A DNA stretch of 64,000 bases, from the NCBI GenBank assembly GCA_003152105.1, contig PLZJ01000002.1, positions 597,682 to 661,681 on the forward strand, in the 5' to 3' direction. Within the stretch, counting starts at the first letter, position 1. Every line of letters starts with the position of its first letter. Below the pieces are notes generated by a model, which saw only the letters and a program-made list of their open reading frames with translations, made no database searches and had not been told where the DNA came from. The DNA comes from Candidatus Levyibacteriota bacterium (lineage in GTDB: Bacteria; Patescibacteriota; Microgenomatia; Levybacterales; UBA12049). Positions 39,293 to 49,091 of this stretch are shown here, in pieces. Position numbers and translations under genes: made by a program.

Positions 39293-40281
39293 AGCAAGAT
39301 TCAATACTAAAAGAATTAAAGCAAGAACTTGGTGCTCATAGAGTTAAAAGTAACGAGCCAATGAGAAATCACACCTCATGTAAAATTGGTGGAATGGCTA
39401 TTTATTATTTTGAAGCCGAAACTGCTACTGATCTAATGAAGGCATTCTTACTTTCCTATAAACTACATATTCCAGTTTATATATTAGGCGGAGGATCTAC
39501 CGTCTTATTTTCAGATAAAGGTTTCAACGGCTTTGTTATAAAAAATAATACAAGAAAATTTGATATTTTCGGCATGAGTGGAAAAATTGCAAACAGAAAA
39601 CTTAGTGTTGATAAAACAATTTTATATGCTGAATCAGGAGTTTTAACAAATCAGGTAGTACGTTTTAGCATTGAACATGGATTTTCAGGGCTTGAATATC
39701 AGCTAGGTTTACCTGGTACAATTGGAGGAGCAATAGTTATGAACGCAGGGTACTTCCCAAGAAATGTTTACTTAAAAGATGCATTATTTAAAATAAAAAT
39801 ACTTAATTGTCAGGGTGAACTTAAGGAGGTTGATACTACTTATTTAGCAACCACAATTGGCAAAAGTAAGCTTGCAAGTTGTGAGGAAATTATTGTTTCA
39901 GTAACGTTTATACTTGAGGCAAAAGATAAAGCACAACTATGGGAAAGAGGCAATGAGGCAAGTGCATATAGAGCAACATATTATCCAAATGGTATGTCAT
40001 TGGGACTTGCTTTTGGAGATATTTCAATTGCAGATGCTATGAAAATTCCAACTCCTCAAAGTATTACATCAGCAGATTTTTTAATAAAAAATGCCGGAAT
40101 TAAAAAGAAGCAGATTGGGGATGCGATGATATCATCTCTTCATAGCAATTTTATTACAAACAACGGAAATGCAACTGCTTTAGATGTCATGAATTTATTT
40201 GAAGAAATAAAACAAAGTGTCAAAACAAAGTTTGGAGTTTCGTTACCGATTCAAAGTAACGTAATAGGATTTAATGAATAA
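39289..40281 (+). CDS. murB: UDP-N-acetylenolpyruvoylglucosamine reductase MurB
   Basis: FAD-binding N-terminal region with IPVYILGGGSTVLFSDKGFNGFVIK. Confidence 0.8.
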   Translation: MKQDSILKELKQELGAHRVKSNEPMRNHTSCKIGGMAIYYFEAETATDLMKAFLLSYKLHIPVYILGGGSTVLFSDKGFNGFVIKNNTRKFDIFGMSGKIANRKLSVDKTILYAESGVLTNQVVRFSIEHGFSGLEYQLGLPGTIGGAIVMNAGYFPRNVYLKDALFKIKILNCQGELKEVDTTYLATTIGKSKLASCEEIIVSVTFILEAKDKAQLWERGNEASAYRATYYPNGMSLGLAFGDISIADAMKIPTPQSITSADFLIKNAGIKKKQIGDAMISSLHSNFITNNGNATALDVMNLFEEIKQSVKTKFGVSLPIQSNVIGFNE

Positions 40282-41608
40282 ATTTATTGTTCAAGGTGGT
40301 AAAGTATTAAATGGAACAACAAATGTATCCGGTGCTAAAAACGTGGCATTAAAAACTCTTGTTGCAGCATGTCTTACCTCTGAAAAGGTAACTATTGAAA
40401 ACATTCCTCTTATTTCAGATTTTTTTGTAATGGTAGATATTATGAAAGATTTGGGAATATCTGTTGTAATAACTGATCATGGGGTTGAAATAGAGGCAAA
40501 AGAAATAAAGAAACATCAAATTCCATTAGATAAAGCAGCGCTTGCTAGAACATCTTCTATGTTTATTTCTCCACTACTTGCGCGAGTTGGCGAAGCGATT
40601 ATACCTAATCCAGGTGGTTGTAGACTTGGTGCACGTCCAATAGATAGAACAATAGAAGGAGTAAAACAACTCTCTGCTACAATTTCATATTTTAGTGATG
40701 ATGGGTATTTCCATGCAAAAACGACTGGATTAAAAGGTGCCACCTACAGATTTGAGAAAAACACACATACTGGTACAGAAACACTTATCCTAACTGCGGT
40801 TTTGGCAAAAGGTACGACAATTTTAGAAAACGCAGCTGAAGAACCGGAAATTGATGAATTAATAGATTTATTAAACAAAATGGGAGCAAAAGTAAAAAGA
40901 ACAAGTAAAAGAAAAATAGAAATTATTGGTGTAGATAAACTTCATGGAACACACTTTCGTATACAACCAGATAGAAATGAAATAATAACATTTGCCATTG
41001 CAGCTATCATCACCAAAGGCGATGTTTTTATAAAAGATGCAAACCCGCTTGCGATAAAAGATTTTCTTGAACAGCTAGACCAAGCGCATGGAGGATATGA
41101 AGTTAAAAAAGACGGAATACGTTTTTATTATAAAGATCAGTTAGTTGCAACTGATACTACTACAAGTATTTTTCCTGGATTTATGACTGATTGGCAAGCT
41201 CCATGGGCAGTATTAATGACACAAGCTACAGGAGTGTCACTTGTCCATGAAACGGTATTTGAAAATAAGTTTGGCTATGTTAAAGATTTAAAGAGAATGG
41301 GAGCAAAAATTGAACTATTTAATCCTTCTGTTGAAAAACCAGAAGAACTGTATAATTTTAACTTAGCAGATGATAAAAAAACGTATTTTCATGCAATTCG
41401 CGTATATGGACCAACACAGCTTCATGATGCAGTTGTTTCGACAATTGACATACGAGCAGGAGCTGCAATAGTACTTGCAGCGCTGGTTGCAAAAGGAAGA
41501 ACAACAATATTTGGCATTGAGAAGTTAGATCGTGGATATGAAGATTTCGAAAAGAGATTAACTAATATTGGAGCTAGTATAAAGCGTTTAAAGGAGGAAG
41601 ATGAATAA
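40274..41608 (+). CDS. murA: UDP-N-acetylglucosamine 1-carboxyvinyltransferase MurA
   Basis: MNKFIVQGGKVLNGTTNVSGAKNVALKTLVAACL; EPSP-synthase-like fold, 444 aa. Confidence 0.9.
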   Translation: MNKFIVQGGKVLNGTTNVSGAKNVALKTLVAACLTSEKVTIENIPLISDFFVMVDIMKDLGISVVITDHGVEIEAKEIKKHQIPLDKAALARTSSMFISPLLARVGEAIIPNPGGCRLGARPIDRTIEGVKQLSATISYFSDDGYFHAKTTGLKGATYRFEKNTHTGTETLILTAVLAKGTTILENAAEEPEIDELIDLLNKMGAKVKRTSKRKIEIIGVDKLHGTHFRIQPDRNEIITFAIAAIITKGDVFIKDANPLAIKDFLEQLDQAHGGYEVKKDGIRFYYKDQLVATDTTTSIFPGFMTDWQAPWAVLMTQATGVSLVHETVFENKFGYVKDLKRMGAKIELFNPSVEKPEELYNFNLADDKKTYFHAIRVYGPTQLHDAVVSTIDIRAGAAIVLAALVAKGRTTIFGIEKLDRGYEDFEKRLTNIGASIKRLKEEDE

Positions 41609-42359
41609 CAAAAATCAGGTATTTGGTTCAATTATACTTGCTGCTGGAAAAGGGAGACGAATGCAATCTGAGACATTTAACAAGGTAAGTTTGCATTTAG
41701 CAAATAAGCCAATGATTTTACATATTATTCATTTTATGCAAAAACTACCTATCCAAAGCATAGTCGTAGTAGTCGGGTATGCGAAAGAATCAGTCATGAA
41801 TGCGTTAAAAAATGAAAACGTATTATTTGCAGAACAAGAAGAACAATTGGGTACCTCACATGCGGTAAGAGTTGGGCTTGGTAAATTACCAAAAACAATT
41901 ACTGACGTTTTAATTGTGTATGGTGATGACGCTGTTTTATATATTGAGAAGCAATTACATCTTATTCAAAAGCTCTTTTCAACACATCAGGAAAGTGATG
42001 CTGTCGTAACATTTCTAACTATTGATCAAGAAAATCCGTTTGGTTTAGGAAGAATTATTCGAAATAATGAAGGAGAAGCTGTAGCAATAATTGAAGAAAA
42101 AGATGCTACTGAAGAACAAAAGAAAATTAAAGAAATTAATCCAGGCTGCTACTTATTTCAAGTAGATTTTTTAAATGAATATTTACCAATAGTAAAAAAA
42201 AGTCCAGTTACTGGAGAATATTATTTAACTGATTTGGTTGACATAGCAATAGAAAATAATAAGATTGTTAAAACCGTTCAGGGAGGAATGGTGCTCTGGA
42301 GGGGCGTAAATACACCAGAAGAGTTAGAAGAAGCGCATAAATTAATGGAGCTACAGTAA
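41601..42359 (+). CDS. GlmU-like sugar-1-phosphate uridylyltransferase, N-terminal domain only (no LbH acetyltransferase domain)
   Basis: IILAAGKGRRMQSETFNKVSLHLANKPMILHII matches the GlmU N-terminus (ILAAGKGTRMKSxLPKVLHPLAGKPM); 252 aa. Confidence 0.65.
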   Translation: MNNKNQVFGSIILAAGKGRRMQSETFNKVSLHLANKPMILHIIHFMQKLPIQSIVVVVGYAKESVMNALKNENVLFAEQEEQLGTSHAVRVGLGKLPKTITDVLIVYGDDAVLYIEKQLHLIQKLFSTHQESDAVVTFLTIDQENPFGLGRIIRNNEGEAVAIIEEKDATEEQKKIKEINPGCYLFQVDFLNEYLPIVKKSPVTGEYYLTDLVDIAIENNKIVKTVQGGMVLWRGVNTPEELEEAHKLMELQ

Positions 42360-42360
42360 T

Positions 42361-42816
42361 ATGGATCAAGAAATATATGTTAAAGAAGTAAAAAATGTTA
42401 CCGAAGAAGTCGTTTCCTCAATCTCATCACTAATCAAAGAACTTGGAACGACCTTTGAACCATTTACAAAAGAAACACTTGAAAAGATACTTCGCAGTGA
42501 AAATACCTTTTTGTATATTGCCATAGATCAAATGACAAATAAAATTGCAGGCATGATTACGCTTTGTGTATTTACCATACCATACAGAACCAAAGGTTGG
42601 TTGGAGGATTTAGTAGTAGATAAATCTTTTAGAGGTAGAGGTGTGGGTTCAATGCTTTTAGAACACGCTATTGAAAAAGCCAAAAGCCAAAAAGTTACTT
42701 CACTTAATTTAAGTTCTTCAATTTCTCGAAATCAAGCCTCCAAACATTTATACGAAAAACACGGATTTGTTATAAGAGATTCTCATATTTATCGCTTGCT
42801 TCTTTCCTATGAATAA
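42361..42816 (+). CDS. GNAT family N-acetyltransferase
   Basis: Acetyl-CoA motif LVVDKSFRGRGVGSMLLEHAIEKAK, 151 aa. Confidence 0.75.
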   Translation: MDQEIYVKEVKNVTEEVVSSISSLIKELGTTFEPFTKETLEKILRSENTFLYIAIDQMTNKIAGMITLCVFTIPYRTKGWLEDLVVDKSFRGRGVGSMLLEHAIEKAKSQKVTSLNLSSSISRNQASKHLYEKHGFVIRDSHIYRLLLSYE

Positions 42817-43468
42817 TTGGTTTGATACAGTTATTCTGCTCGATATTGACGGTACGTTATTTCATACGGAAATTTTTAGAAATAATATTTTTAATAAACT
42901 CTACTCTTATCATACATCTGGTTCAAAAGAAGCATTTTTACAACAAGTAAGGAGTATATATAAAAACGAAAGAGATAAAAAAATTACAAATCCCAAGACA
43001 ATACTTAAAACAATTAATACACAATTGCAACTTAACATTCCTGAGGAAAAATTAATGGAATTGATAATTGAAGGAGATAACTTTTTCGATGGTATGTATG
43101 ATGAAGTGGAGAAAACGATCCAAGACCTTTCAAAAAAAGGGATAACGCTTGGTATTTTATCAACGGGAGAAACACAAATTCAAAAAACAAAGATTTCATC
43201 TATTCAAAACTTTATTAATGAAGAAAATATTCATATCTATAATTTAAAAGATACAGAAATAGACCAAGTATTTGCCAAATATAAAGACATGCGTATATAT
43301 GTAATTGATGATTTCTTAGATTTCTTACTCCTCATTAAGAAAAAAAACAATGTGGTAAAAACTGTTTGGATTAACAGAAAAAATAGTGCTTTACCAAATG
43401 ATATAGAAGATGATTATTTACCAGATTATCAAATAAAAACACTTGATGAGCTATTAACGATTATATAA
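42809..43468 (+). CDS. HAD superfamily hydrolase / phosphomutase-like
   Basis: Motif I VILLDIDGTLF (DxDGT), motif IV YVIDDFLDF. Confidence 0.6.
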   Translation: MNNWFDTVILLDIDGTLFHTEIFRNNIFNKLYSYHTSGSKEAFLQQVRSIYKNERDKKITNPKTILKTINTQLQLNIPEEKLMELIIEGDNFFDGMYDEVEKTIQDLSKKGITLGILSTGETQIQKTKISSIQNFINEENIHIYNLKDTEIDQVFAKYKDMRIYVIDDFLDFLLLIKKKNNVVKTVWINRKNSALPNDIEDDYLPDYQIKTLDELLTII

Positions 43469-43471
43469 CAT

Positions 43472-45235
43472 ATGTGCGGAATTTTTGGATATATTGGTAA
43501 AAAAGATACTGCTGCACCAATTATTCTTGAAGGATTGAAATTACTTGAATATAGAGGATATGATTCGTGGGGAATTGCTGTTGTTACAAATGGTCACATA
43601 GAAATCCAGAAACAAATTGGCAAAATTGAAGGAGTGCAAACATCCCTTCCTAAAAGTAGTATTGGTATAGGTCATACAAGATGGGCAACGCATGGGGGAA
43701 TTACAAAAATAAACGCGCATCCTCATTTTGATTGTACAAAGCAAATAGCCTTACTCCATAACGGTATAATAGAAAATTTTCTAGATCTTAAAAAGGAATT
43801 ATTAAAAAAGGGTCATGTCTTTCTATCAGAAACAGATACAGAAGTCGCTGTGCATTTAATTGAAGAATATGCAAAAACTACCTCACTTTCAAATGCAGTT
43901 GAGAAGTGTTTCAAAAGGTTAAAAGGATTAAATGCACTTGTTGTACTCTCACTTCTTACAAATGAAATTATTGCAATTAAAGTTGGCTCACCACTCATTG
44001 TAGGAATTGGAAAAGAAGAATATTTTATTTCGTCTGATCCAATAGGAATTGCAAGTCACACAAAAAATGTATATTTTGTACAAGATAATCAATTAATACA
44101 GCTTGGAAAGACATTTGAAATAAGAGATTGTAGTTCAGGGCTATATATTACTCCAACTATAACAGTTATTGACTGGGATTATAAATCTTCATTAAAAGGA
44201 AAATATAAACACTTTGTACTAAAGGAAATATATGAACAACCAGTAATTATTACTCAAATTGCAAAGTATGGGAAAGAAGATGTGCAAAAATTAACAAATG
44301 AAATTGAACGTGCCTACGGTACTTTTATTGTTGGATGTGGTAGTGCTTCTTACGCAGCATTATATGGTACTTATTTATTTTCAAAAGTTGCGAAAAAACA
44401 CATAAACTTTTCAATTGGTTCAGAATTTAATTACTTAGAAGATTATTTAACTAAGAAATCATTGGTAATTGGAATTTCTCAAAGTGGTGAAACAATTGAT
44501 GTAGTTGAGCCACTTTCTAAAGCGCTTAAAAAAGGTTCACAAATTGCCGTAATTACCAATGGTCTTGGTTCGACTATGTACCGGTTAGCTGATACGAAAC
44601 TATTTCTTAATGCAGGAGTAGAAAAAGCAGTTATGTCCACAAAAGCATTAATCGCAATGCTGTCGGTTCTACTTCTTTGTGCATATTCATTTGAAAAAAA
44701 ACAAAATGAAGGAAGTCTATTACTAGAAGCGGCTGCAAAAGATGTGAAGCGAATTCTATCAGTAACTGAAGTTAATAAGATAAAAAAATTAGCAAAGAAA
44801 TTAGCACCGCGTCAACATATTTATTTAATCGGAAGAGGTCTTTCTTATGCCGCAGTACTTGAAATAACATTAAAGTTAAAAGAAGCGGCGTATATACACG
44901 CAGAAGGATTTGCCGGGGGAGAACTCAAGCATGGAAGCTTAGCCTTAATTGAGAAAGGTTCGGTTTGTATTGTTGTTGCACCAAATGACGAGACATATGC
45001 CTCAATTATTTCAAATGCCCAAGAAGTTAAAGCAAGAGGTGGATATATTATCGGATTCTCACCAATCGATAATCAAGTATTTGACTACTTTTTAAAAACA
45101 GCAGATCTAAAAGAAGCAACTATTATTCCACAAGTCGTCATAGGACAGCTTCTTGCATATTATCTTGCAATAGAAAAAGGAGTAAAAGATCCTGATAAGC
45201 CAAGAAATCTTGCAAAAAGCGTCACGGTGAAGTAA
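43472..45235 (+). CDS. glmS: glutamine--fructose-6-phosphate aminotransferase GlmS
   Basis: MCGIFGYIG Ntn amidotransferase start, two SIS domains, 587 aa. Confidence 0.9.
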   Translation: MCGIFGYIGKKDTAAPIILEGLKLLEYRGYDSWGIAVVTNGHIEIQKQIGKIEGVQTSLPKSSIGIGHTRWATHGGITKINAHPHFDCTKQIALLHNGIIENFLDLKKELLKKGHVFLSETDTEVAVHLIEEYAKTTSLSNAVEKCFKRLKGLNALVVLSLLTNEIIAIKVGSPLIVGIGKEEYFISSDPIGIASHTKNVYFVQDNQLIQLGKTFEIRDCSSGLYITPTITVIDWDYKSSLKGKYKHFVLKEIYEQPVIITQIAKYGKEDVQKLTNEIERAYGTFIVGCGSASYAALYGTYLFSKVAKKHINFSIGSEFNYLEDYLTKKSLVIGISQSGETIDVVEPLSKALKKGSQIAVITNGLGSTMYRLADTKLFLNAGVEKAVMSTKALIAMLSVLLLCAYSFEKKQNEGSLLLEAAAKDVKRILSVTEVNKIKKLAKKLAPRQHIYLIGRGLSYAAVLEITLKLKEAAYIHAEGFAGGELKHGSLALIEKGSVCIVVAPNDETYASIISNAQEVKARGGYIIGFSPIDNQVFDYFLKTADLKEATIIPQVVIGQLLAYYLAIEKGVKDPDKPRNLAKSVTVK

Positions 45236-45260
45236 AGTATACATCACTGAAAATAATGTT

Positions 45261-46859
45261 TTGTTTATGAGTATTTTATATCTTGTTGTTAGTACAGGAT
45301 TTTTTTTATGGATTACTAGAAATATATTTTTCTGGGTTTATTTGTGGCAACATAATGACTATAGCTATACGAGAATGTATACACATTTAAAGGAAACGAC
45401 GCAGGGAAGATATATTCTATTTTCTCCTGTGGCATTTCTTAAGTTACTCCTTATCTTTCTTTTTGCATATATTGTCTTAAATCCAGATTTTTTAGCAGGC
45501 TATCAATTTTTAATAGGTGTTTTATTTGTTGTGCAAGGGTTTTCAGTTATAAAAGAATATTATTTACACACACTTTATTTGCCAAAATTTACTATTAAAG
45601 CTATGGTGTTTTGTATAAGTGCACTTTTTATTGCAGTTGCTCTTTACACAATTCCGTTGACACAAGACAGATATTTTTGGTTATTAATCATTGATAAAGG
45701 TGTCTTATTTTTTATAACGTTTCTCGTATTTATTTTAAGTTTACCAACAAATTTATACAAAGATTGGTATACAGATGCGGCAATGAGAAAATTAAATAAA
45801 AATAAAAATATTACTGTTATTGGTGTTACGGGGAGTTATGGGAAAACTACTACCAAAGAATTTATTGCACAAATTTTAAAAAATAAATTCAATGTAGTTA
45901 AAACACAAAATCAACATAACACTTCTTTTGGCATAGCAAAAACAATTACTGATAAAGTTAATCCTAAGACACAAATTATTGTTGCTGAAATGGCAATGCA
46001 TAAAAGAGGAGATGTGAGGGAAATGGCTGAAATTGTATCACCAAAATTTGGTGTAATAACAGGTATTAGTTCACAGCACGCTTCATTGTCAGGTGATATA
46101 TCAAAAACAATGGACGCAAAGTATGAGCTTATTCAATCACTACCAAAAGATGGGTTGGGTTTATTTAATGGAAATAATGAAAATGTCTATAAATTATATA
46201 AAAAAACTAAGAAAAGAAAAGTATTATATGGGTATCAAAACGGATTTCCATATGATGTGAAAGCAACAAATATCCATATCCAAAAATCTTATATTGAATT
46301 TGAAGTTGAGCTGCGTGGCAAAAAAATGCACTTTAAATCACCACTTATTGGACCTCAGAATATTGAAAACATATTGCCGGGAATAATACTTGCAGACACA
46401 CTTGGTATGAAACCTGAAGAAATCAAAAAGGCAGTACTTTCACTTTCCTCATTACCAAAAACTATGCGAAAAAGAAATACGGTTTCAGGAGCCACTATTA
46501 TTGATGACACGATTAATACAGATACACATGCGGTGCTTGCTGCTTTGGAATATATGAAACTTTTTAAAAATAAACGCATCTTTGTACTTCAGCCAATGAT
46601 TGAACTAGGTAAAAGGGCAAGTAGTGAGCACTATGAAATCGCAAAAAAGATATCAGTTGTATGTGATTATCTTTTTTTAACTAATAAAAATTTCTATAAA
46701 TCAATACTTAAAGGTATAGTAGATGGTGATGGGGAATGTTTTGTAAAAGTAGATAGTAGTAAAAATATTGCCAAATTTTTAAGAGAAAATTGTTCTTCCC
46801 ATGATGTCGTTGTTTTCGAAGGAAAAGAAGCAGAAATTGTACTCGAGGAAATTTTGTGA
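45261..46859 (+). CDS. murF: Mur ligase, MurF-like (UDP-MurNAc-tripeptide--D-Ala-D-Ala ligase) with a roughly 170-aa N-terminal multi-TM extension
   Basis: ITVIGVTGSYGKTTTKEFIAQIL P-loop and TIIDDTINTDTHAVLAALEYM (DDSYNANP-like). The first 170 aa form 4-5 hydrophobic helices. Confidence 0.65.
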   Translation: MFMSILYLVVSTGFFLWITRNIFFWVYLWQHNDYSYTRMYTHLKETTQGRYILFSPVAFLKLLLIFLFAYIVLNPDFLAGYQFLIGVLFVVQGFSVIKEYYLHTLYLPKFTIKAMVFCISALFIAVALYTIPLTQDRYFWLLIIDKGVLFFITFLVFILSLPTNLYKDWYTDAAMRKLNKNKNITVIGVTGSYGKTTTKEFIAQILKNKFNVVKTQNQHNTSFGIAKTITDKVNPKTQIIVAEMAMHKRGDVREMAEIVSPKFGVITGISSQHASLSGDISKTMDAKYELIQSLPKDGLGLFNGNNENVYKLYKKTKKRKVLYGYQNGFPYDVKATNIHIQKSYIEFEVELRGKKMHFKSPLIGPQNIENILPGIILADTLGMKPEEIKKAVLSLSSLPKTMRKRNTVSGATIIDDTINTDTHAVLAALEYMKLFKNKRIFVLQPMIELGKRASSEHYEIAKKISVVCDYLFLTNKNFYKSILKGIVDGDGECFVKVDSSKNIAKFLRENCSSHDVVVFEGKEAEIVLEEIL

Positions 46860-46890
46860 TCATTTAAGCTTGCCTCTTGCATAAAATTGG

Positions 46891-46919
46891 TTGAACTTAT
46901 ACGATCATAAAGGTATAAT
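46891..46919 (+). promoter_or_regulatory. promoter TTGAAC-17-TATAAT ending 8 nt before mraY ATG
   Basis: Hexamers at 46891-46896 and 46914-46919. Confidence 0.45.
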
Positions 46920-46927
46920 AAAAAAAT

Positions 46928-47938
46928 ATGGCGCAACTCTTAGGACTTATAATTTTATCTGCATTTATTACGATAATACTGCTTATTCCCTTTATTGATT
47001 TTCTTTATAGAATAAAACTTCGTCGAAAACATCAATTAACAAAAGATTTTCAAAATAACCGTACACATATATTTGATAAATTTAATACGTGGAAAGTTGG
47101 AACCCCTTTTGGAGGAGGAATTTTAATAATCTTAGTGGTTGTCGCAATAACGCTTTGGTCGTATGTAATGCTTGGTATTGTCACCAATCCGTGGGAAAAT
47201 TTTGTCATTATTTTTACGTTCGTTGGGTTTGGTTTACTTGGACTTTATGACGATATAAAGAAGTTAACAAATGTAAAAACAGGGTTTTTTGGACTTCGAA
47301 TAAGATATAAATTAATATTACAATTTATCATAGCGCTTATTGTCTCAGTAGTTTTATTTTATCAACTCGGCTATTCAACAATTTATATTCACGGTATACG
47401 TTCAATTAATTTAAGTTATGTATACATTCCATTTGCAGCGCTTATTATTGTTTCGTTCGCAAATGCTTTTAATATTACCGATGGGTTAGATGGATTGGCT
47501 CCAGGATTATTTTTAATTTGCTTGTTAGCATTTTTGGCAATTACTTCCTCTTCATATTTAGATAAATCACTAGGTATATTTATTGCAGTGCTTATTGGAT
47601 CTGTTGCTGCATTTTTATATTTTAACGTTTATCGAGCAAGAATTTGGTTAGGAGATGTCGGATCAATGTCTCTTGGAGCCTCTCTTGCAATTATAGGGCT
47701 ACTTACTGATAAAACGCTTGCCTTAGCGGTAATTGGAGGGTTTTTCGTATTTGAAGTTGCATCTTCGTTGCTACAGCTACTTTCAAAACGCTTTTTAAAG
47801 AAAAAACTTTTTACTGTTGCCCCTTTACATCTTTATTTATTGCATAGGGGATGGGAGGAACCAAAAATTGTTATGCGAGCTTGGCTCATTGGCTTCTTCT
47901 TTGCAGTACTTGGTTTATATCTTGCTCTTGGTAAATAA
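46928..47938 (+). CDS. mraY: phospho-N-acetylmuramoyl-pentapeptide transferase MraY
   Basis: NAFNITDGLDGLA motif, 10 TM helices. Confidence 0.9.
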   Translation: MAQLLGLIILSAFITIILLIPFIDFLYRIKLRRKHQLTKDFQNNRTHIFDKFNTWKVGTPFGGGILIILVVVAITLWSYVMLGIVTNPWENFVIIFTFVGFGLLGLYDDIKKLTNVKTGFFGLRIRYKLILQFIIALIVSVVLFYQLGYSTIYIHGIRSINLSYVYIPFAALIIVSFANAFNITDGLDGLAPGLFLICLLAFLAITSSSYLDKSLGIFIAVLIGSVAAFLYFNVYRARIWLGDVGSMSLGASLAIIGLLTDKTLALAVIGGFFVFEVASSLLQLLSKRFLKKKLFTVAPLHLYLLHRGWEEPKIVMRAWLIGFFFAVLGLYLALGK

Positions 47939-47988
47939 TCTCCTCATTTTCTATACAAAAACCTCGAATACTGATACTATATTCATAT

Positions 47989-49065
47989 ATGAAAATCAAA
48001 AAAGCTGATTTTTTTCTCCTTGCTCTTGTATTTGGATTAACCCTATTTGGACTACTAATTATTTATGATGCTTCATCATATATTGCATTTAGAGATTTTG
48101 GTGATAAGTATCATTATATTAAAGATCAAGGTATTTGGGTGTGTATTGGTGTAATCGCATTTTTTATTTGCTCAATTATTGATTATCATAAATTTTATAC
48201 GTTTGCACTTCCGCTTCTTATGATTGCGATAGCCTTACTGCTTGCTGTTTTTTTACCTGGTATTGGTACTGGACCTGTTAACGGAGCGCATAGGTGGATA
48301 AATTTAAGAGCATTTATTTTGCAACCTGCAGAGTTTGTAAAATTAACACTTGGTATTTATCTGGCCGCTTGGTTTTCTCATAAAGAAAAACATAGATTTT
48401 TTGCATTCCTGTTACTTATGGGTCTTATATTACTGCTTGTTATCGCAGAGCCTGATTTAGGAACGGCAATTATTATTCTTCTTGAAGCACTTATTGTATA
48501 TTTTTTATCAGGAGGAAATGTTCAGTATCTTCTTGGAAGTATCCCAATTATTGGTATTATTGGGTTTATTCTTGTAAAAATAGAGCCCTACCGCGCAAGT
48601 AGATTAACAACATTCTTAAATCCTAATCAAGCAGCGGTTGGTTCATCATATCAGGTACGCCAAATATTAATAGCGCTTGGAAGTGGTGGGTTAACAGGAG
48701 TTGGGATTGGTAATTCATTGCAAAAATATGGTTTTTTACCAGAAAATACAACAGATTCAATTTTTGCAATAATTGCTGAAGAACTTGGATTTATAGGCGC
48801 ATCGCTTCTTATTTTGTGTTACATATTGTTACTTTGGCGAGGATTTGTGATTGCGTTTCGGGCAAAGGATAATTTTGGAAGATTACTCGCTGCATCTCTT
48901 ACTTCATTTCTGGCAGTACAAGCATTTGTTAATCTAGCCGCACAAACAGCTCTGCTTCCGTTAACCGGAGTTCCTCTTCCCTTTATTTCATATGGAGGAT
49001 CTGCACTTGTTATTGATCTGTGTTCTGTCGGAATTCTATTTAACATCTCAAAACAGAGCAAATAA
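47989..49065 (+). CDS. ftsW: SEDS family peptidoglycan glycosyltransferase FtsW/RodA
   Basis: 10-TM SEDS topology, NGAHRWINL, TDSIFAIIAEELGFIG motifs; position between mraY and murG. Confidence 0.8.
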   Translation: MKIKKADFFLLALVFGLTLFGLLIIYDASSYIAFRDFGDKYHYIKDQGIWVCIGVIAFFICSIIDYHKFYTFALPLLMIAIALLLAVFLPGIGTGPVNGAHRWINLRAFILQPAEFVKLTLGIYLAAWFSHKEKHRFFAFLLLMGLILLLVIAEPDLGTAIIILLEALIVYFLSGGNVQYLLGSIPIIGIIGFILVKIEPYRASRLTTFLNPNQAAVGSSYQVRQILIALGSGGLTGVGIGNSLQKYGFLPENTTDSIFAIIAEELGFIGASLLILCYILLLWRGFVIAFRAKDNFGRLLAASLTSFLAVQAFVNLAAQTALLPLTGVPLPFISYGGSALVIDLCSVGILFNISKQSK

Positions 49066-49091
49066 ATGATACAATATGAAGATAAAAGTCT

